From Thalassobaculaceae bacterium (GTDB taxonomy: Bacteria > Pseudomonadota > Alphaproteobacteria > Thalassobaculales > Thalassobaculaceae), in assembly GCA_965228875.1 (NCBI GenBank), contig OZ245843.1, positions 602,616 through 666,615 of the forward strand: 64,000 nt of DNA, written 5' to 3'. The notes under the pieces were generated by a model. The model worked only from the letters and a program-made list of their open reading frames with translations. It ran no database searches and was not told where the DNA came from. The position numbers were made by a program, and so were the translations under genes. Positions within the stretch are counted from its first letter, which is position 1; each line of letters begins with the position of its first letter. Positions 59,934-64,000 of this stretch are shown piece after piece.

Positions 59934-60137
59934 CTGGCCGAGCCTTTAATGGGGCGAACGATCGCTCTTGTCCTATATACCGCGTGGTTAAGAAACCAGA
60001 AACGGTCCTGTATTGAAGTCCTGTGTAGAACAGCCCCTCGGTTCTGTTCACCGCCATTGACACTCCATCATCCGCGCCGTTGAATCCCCTCAACGTTGTG
60101 CACCGCGAAAGGTGCCGGTTCAAAACAGGGGTTTCCG

Positions 60138-61226
60138 ATGACCGACCGCTTGCCGACCCAGCGTATCCTCTCCGGCGTTTCCCGCCGCTCGTTCCTAGCC
60201 GGAACCGGCGCGGTCGCGGCCGGTCTGACCTTCTCGCGCGATGGGTTCGCCGCCGAGGACAAGGTCGTCAACTTCTACAACTGGGATACCTACATCGGCG
60301 AGACGACGCTCGACGATTTCCAGGATGCGACGGGCGTCAAGGTGAACATGGATCTGTTCGCCGACAACGACGAGCTGTTCGCCAAGCTGAAGGCGGGCAA
60401 TCCGGGCTACGACGTCATCGTGCCGACCAACGACTATGTCGAGCGCATGGTCGCGGCCGAGATGCTGGTCAAGCTCGACCATTCGAAGATCCCGAACATC
60501 AAGAACATCGAGCCCGCCTTCATGAACCCGGCGCACGACCCGGGCCGGGTGTACTCGCTGCCCTACATGTGGGGGTCGATCGGGATCGGCTACCGCAAGA
60601 GCCGGGTGAGCAGCGTGCCGGACAGCTGGAAGGTGCTCTACGACAGTGACGAGTATGCGGGCAAGATCGCGCTCCTGGCGGCACCGAGCACGGTCCTGCA
60701 GATCGGTTGCAAGTATCTCGGCTATCCGCTGAACGAGAGCGACCCGGCGGTGCTGGAGAAGGTCGCCGACATGCTCATCAAGCAGAAGCCGAACATCAAG
60801 GTCTTCGCGGAAGACAACGGCCAGGATCTGCTGCTCTCCGGCGAGGTCGACCTGACCATGGAATGGAACGGCGACATGCTGCAGGTGATGGAGGAGGACG
60901 ACGACATCTCCTACGCCGTACCGAAGGAGGGCGGTCTGCTCTGGGAGGATACGCTCTGCATTCCGGTCGGCGCCCCGCATCCGGAGAACGCCCACGCCTT
61001 CATCAACTACATCCTGGATGCGGAGGCCGGCGCGGCGATCGCCGACTTTATCCAGTACGCAACGCCGAACGCGGCGGCCAAGGCGCTGATGTCTCCGGAG
61101 TATACCGGGAACCCGGCGATCTTTCCGACCGACGAGGTGATCAGGAACTCCGAGGTCGCGGTCTACCAGGGTTCCGACTACACCCAGCTCGTCGACCGGC
61201 TCTGGACCAAGATCGGCGCGGCCTGA
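60138..61226 (+). CDS. Polyamine ABC transporter substrate-binding protein (PotD/PotF family), Tat signal
   Basis: SRRSFL, FYNWDTYI, GYDVIVPT, PYMWGSIGI, PKEGG. Confidence 0.92.
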   Translation: MTDRLPTQRILSGVSRRSFLAGTGAVAAGLTFSRDGFAAEDKVVNFYNWDTYIGETTLDDFQDATGVKVNMDLFADNDELFAKLKAGNPGYDVIVPTNDYVERMVAAEMLVKLDHSKIPNIKNIEPAFMNPAHDPGRVYSLPYMWGSIGIGYRKSRVSSVPDSWKVLYDSDEYAGKIALLAAPSTVLQIGCKYLGYPLNESDPAVLEKVADMLIKQKPNIKVFAEDNGQDLLLSGEVDLTMEWNGDMLQVMEEDDDISYAVPKEGGLLWEDTLCIPVGAPHPENAHAFINYILDAEAGAAIADFIQYATPNAAAKALMSPEYTGNPAIFPTDEVIRNSEVAVYQGSDYTQLVDRLWTKIGAA

Positions 61227-61254
61227 TCGGCGCCGCGACGGCACGGGGGAGGCT

Positions 61255-62166
61255 GTGGAGGACTGGCGGCGGGGCCGATCCGCGTTCTGGCTGATCGGCC
61301 TCGGGCCGACCTTCTGGCTGGCCCTGTTCTTCCTGATCCCGCTGGGTATCGTCTGGCTCTACAGCTTCGCCGAGCTGCGGGGCGTGGTCGACATGGAGGT
61401 GACGGGTACGCTCTCGAACTACGCCCGTGCCGTCGACCCGCTCTACCTCGAGGTCTTCGGCAAGTCGGTTGTCTTCGCCGGGGTGACGACGGCGGTCTCG
61501 CTGGTGGTCGGCTTCCCGGTCGCGATCGCCATCGTGTTCTCCGGCCCGCGCTGGCGGCCGGTTCTGCTGCTGCTGGTGATCCTGCCGTTCTGGACCAATC
61601 TGCTGATCCGCACCTACGCGCTGATCGCGGTCCTGCGGATCCGGGGGGTCGCGAATTTCACCCTGGAATGGTTCTGGGAACAGTCGAACACGCTGCTGTC
61701 GCTACTCGGCCTCGGCTCCTACCAGCTTCTGGGTGAGCGGTTCGAGCCACTGGAACTGCTGTACAACAACACGGCCGTGATCATCGGGCTCGTCTACGTC
61801 CACCTGCCGTTCATGGTGCTCCCGCTCTACGCAGCGCTGGAGAAGCTCGACCGGTCGCTGATCGAGGCGGCGCTCGACCTCGGCGCCTCCCAGTGGCGGG
61901 CATTCCTCACGGTGGTCGTGCCGCTGGCGATGCCGGGGATCATCTCCGGCGCGATCCTCGTGTTCATCCCGGCGCTCGGATCGTTCCTGACGCCGGACCT
62001 GCTCGGCGGGACCGACAGCCAGATGATCGCCAACGTGATCGAGCGCCAGTTCAAGAGCGCGAACGACTGGCCGTTCGGGGCGGCCCTGTCCTTCCTGCTG
62101 ATGTACCTGACCTTCGCCGCGCTGGCGTTGCGGGCCGTGTGGGGCCGCAACGGGGACGGGATCTAG
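61255..62166 (+). CDS. Polyamine ABC permease (PotB/PotH family)
   Basis: LPFWTNLLIRTYA, LPFMVLPLY, EAALDLGAS. Confidence 0.9.
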   Translation: MEDWRRGRSAFWLIGLGPTFWLALFFLIPLGIVWLYSFAELRGVVDMEVTGTLSNYARAVDPLYLEVFGKSVVFAGVTTAVSLVVGFPVAIAIVFSGPRWRPVLLLLVILPFWTNLLIRTYALIAVLRIRGVANFTLEWFWEQSNTLLSLLGLGSYQLLGERFEPLELLYNNTAVIIGLVYVHLPFMVLPLYAALEKLDRSLIEAALDLGASQWRAFLTVVVPLAMPGIISGAILVFIPALGSFLTPDLLGGTDSQMIANVIERQFKSANDWPFGAALSFLLMYLTFAALALRAVWGRNGDGI

Positions 62167-62169
62167 CCC

Positions 62170-63000
62170 ATGGCAAGGACGCCGATCGGCCCGCTCGAAT
62201 ACACCCGCCGCACCTGGATGCGGCTGACGCTGCTCGCCACCTTCGTCTTCCTCTACGCGCCGATCGTCACGCTGATCGCCTTCAGCTTCAACGACAGCCG
62301 GCGCAACATCGTCTGGCGCGGCTTCACCACGAAGTACTACGAGAAGGCACTCGGTAACGAGGATCTGATCGAGGCCTTCGTGAACTCGTTGACCATCGCG
62401 CTGCTGTCGACCCTGATCGCCACGGTGCTCGGTGCCCTGACGGCCCTGTTGCTCTGGCGGTTCCGCTTTCCGTTCAAGGGGGCGTACGAGGGGGCGATGG
62501 CCCTGCCGATCGTCATTCCGGAGATTTGCATGGGCGTGGCGATGCTGGCGTTCTTCGCCAAGGTCGGCTGGCCGAGCGGCCTGCCCTGGCCGCTGTCGCT
62601 GTCGGCGATCATCATCGCCCATGTGTCGTTCAGCTTTCCGTTCGTCGCGGTCGTGGTGCGCGCCCGGCTCGCCGGGTTCAACCAGGAACTGGCCGAGGCG
62701 GCGCAGGATCTGGGCGCCAGCGAGTGGCGGGTGTTCTGGGACGTGATGGTGCCGTTCATGCGCCCCGGTCTGGTCGCGGGCGCGCTCCTGGCCTTCACCC
62801 TGTCGCTGGACGATTTCGTCATCACCTTCTTCACTTCCGGTCCGGACACGGTGACCTTCCCGGTGAAGGTCTACTCCATGGTCCGCTTCTCCGTGACGCC
62901 GGAGGTCAATGCCGCCTCGACGGTGCTGATCGTGCTGACCGTCCTGTTGACGGGCATCGCGCTGTGGATGCAGTTCCGCCCGCAGAAGGAGACACCATGA
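62170..63000 (+). CDS. Polyamine ABC permease (PotC/PotI family)
   Basis: FLYAPI...FSFN, EAAQDLGAS, FTLSLDDF, TPEVNA. Confidence 0.9.
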   Translation: MARTPIGPLEYTRRTWMRLTLLATFVFLYAPIVTLIAFSFNDSRRNIVWRGFTTKYYEKALGNEDLIEAFVNSLTIALLSTLIATVLGALTALLLWRFRFPFKGAYEGAMALPIVIPEICMGVAMLAFFAKVGWPSGLPWPLSLSAIIIAHVSFSFPFVAVVVRARLAGFNQELAEAAQDLGASEWRVFWDVMVPFMRPGLVAGALLAFTLSLDDFVITFFTSGPDTVTFPVKVYSMVRFSVTPEVNAASTVLIVLTVLLTGIALWMQFRPQKETP

Positions 63001-64000
63001 GCAGCAACGGGCCTTCGGGCGACGACGCGCCGATCATCGAGATCTCCGGGCTGAGCAAGCGGTTCGGCGACTTCGTCGCGGTGGGAGATGTCGACCTGTC
63101 GATCGACCGCGGCGAGTTCTTCGCCCTGCTCGGCCCCTCCGGCTGCGGCAAGACCACGCTTCTGCGTATGCTCGCCGGGCTGGAACTTCCGAGCGAGGGC
63201 AGCGTGCGCATCGACGGTCAGGACATGTCGTTCGTGCCGGCGAACAGGCGGCCGGTCAACATGGTGTTCCAGTCGTATGCCGTGTTCCCGCACATGTCGG
63301 TCCTCGACAATGTCGGCTACGGGCTGCGGATCGACGGCGTGCCCGGCGACGAGATCCGCCGTCGGGCCGAGGAGGCGCTGGAACTGGTCAAACTCTCGGG
63401 GTTCGGCAACCGGCGGCCGGATCAGCTCTCCGGCGGACAGCGTCAGCGCGTGGCCCTCGCCCGGGCCCTGGTCAAGCGCCCGAAGGTGCTTCTCCTCGAC
63501 GAGCCGCTCTCCGCGCTCGACGCCAAGCTGCGGGAGGCGATGCGCCTCGAGATGGTCAACCTTCAGGAGACCGTCGGCATCACTTTCGTCATCGTCACCC
63601 ACGACCAGTCGGAGGCGCTGTCCATGGCGACACGGATCGCCGTGATGGACCAGGGGCGGGTCCAGCAAGTCGCCCCGCCGGCTGAGCTCTACGAGTTTCC
63701 CGCCAGCCGCTTCGTGGCCGACTTCATCGGCTCGGTGAACCTGATCGAGGGGCGGGTCGAGGCGTCGGCGGACGGGCGGACTCGATTGGCGTGCCCCGGG
63801 ATTCCGGCGCCGATCGAGATGGAGCAGCCGGGCAGGCTGACGGTCGGTGGCACCGCCTGGGTCGCGCTGCGGCCGGAGAAGATCGACATCGCCAAGGAAC
63901 CGCCCGAGGAGGCCGGCGCCAACGCCGTCGCAGGCACCGTCGAGGAGATCACCTATCTCGGCGAGACCTCGGTCTATCACGTGCGCGTGGCTCCCGACCT
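62997..64000 (+). CDS. Polyamine ABC ATPase (PotA/PotG family), runs off the window
   Basis: ATGA overlap with the permease stop; hand translation gives LLGPSGCGKTT, VFQSYAVFPHM, LSGGQRQR, LLDEPLSALD, VTHDQ. Confidence 0.92.
   Translation, partial: MSSNGPSGDDAPIIEISGLSKRFGDFVAVGDVDLSIDRGEFFALLGPSGCGKTTLLRMLAGLELPSEGSVRIDGQDMSFVPANRRPVNMVFQSYAVFPHMSVLDNVGYGLRIDGVPGDEIRRRAEEALELVKLSGFGNRRPDQLSGGQRQRVALARALVKRPKVLLLDEPLSALDAKLREAMRLEMVNLQETVGITFVIVTHDQSEALSMATRIAVMDQGRVQQVAPPAELYEFPASRFVADFIGSVNLIEGRVEASADGRTRLACPGIPAPIEMEQPGRLTVGGTAWVALRPEKIDIAKEPPEEAGANAVAGTVEEITYLGETSVYHVRVAPD

Overview
High-GC, gene-dense chromosomal window. Gene content and synteny point to an alphaproteobacterium, probably Rhodospirillales (inference). 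I see no rRNA, tRNA, CRISPR array, transposase or prophage. In order: a LysR regulator divergent from a branched-chain 2-oxoacid dehydrogenase operon (bkdA1-bkdA2-bkdB-lpd); a DUF4347/RTX repeat protein; a TPR-sulfotransferase; two gamma-butyrobetaine-dioxygenase-family paralogs with a family-5 binding protein and a threonine aldolase; an Atm1-type exporter; a FadL-type porin; an AceE-like ThDP enzyme; hmgA; a TRAP transporter facing a DUF3830 / Cys-less racemase / PuuE-like operon; guaA; pecM-pecS; a nucleoside hydrolase; PilZ, Zn-ribbon and DUF proteins; the yfgM-bamB-der and alr-mlaE-mlaF-radA-cvpA-purF-SDR blocks; two signalling modules; and a polyamine ABC operon. Strongest leads: (1) a candidate bacterial trimethyllysine-to-carnitine pathway (10.5-16.3 kb); (2) an unannotated structured RNA/small-ORF unit at 56.93-57.12 kb with a 16-nt complement to the 16S rRNA 3' end; (3) an SOS box in front of an uncharacterised Zn-ribbon gene; (4) an unknown ureide/amide catabolic module whose racemase lacks both catalytic cysteines. 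All family calls come from reading motifs by eye; no database searches were run.
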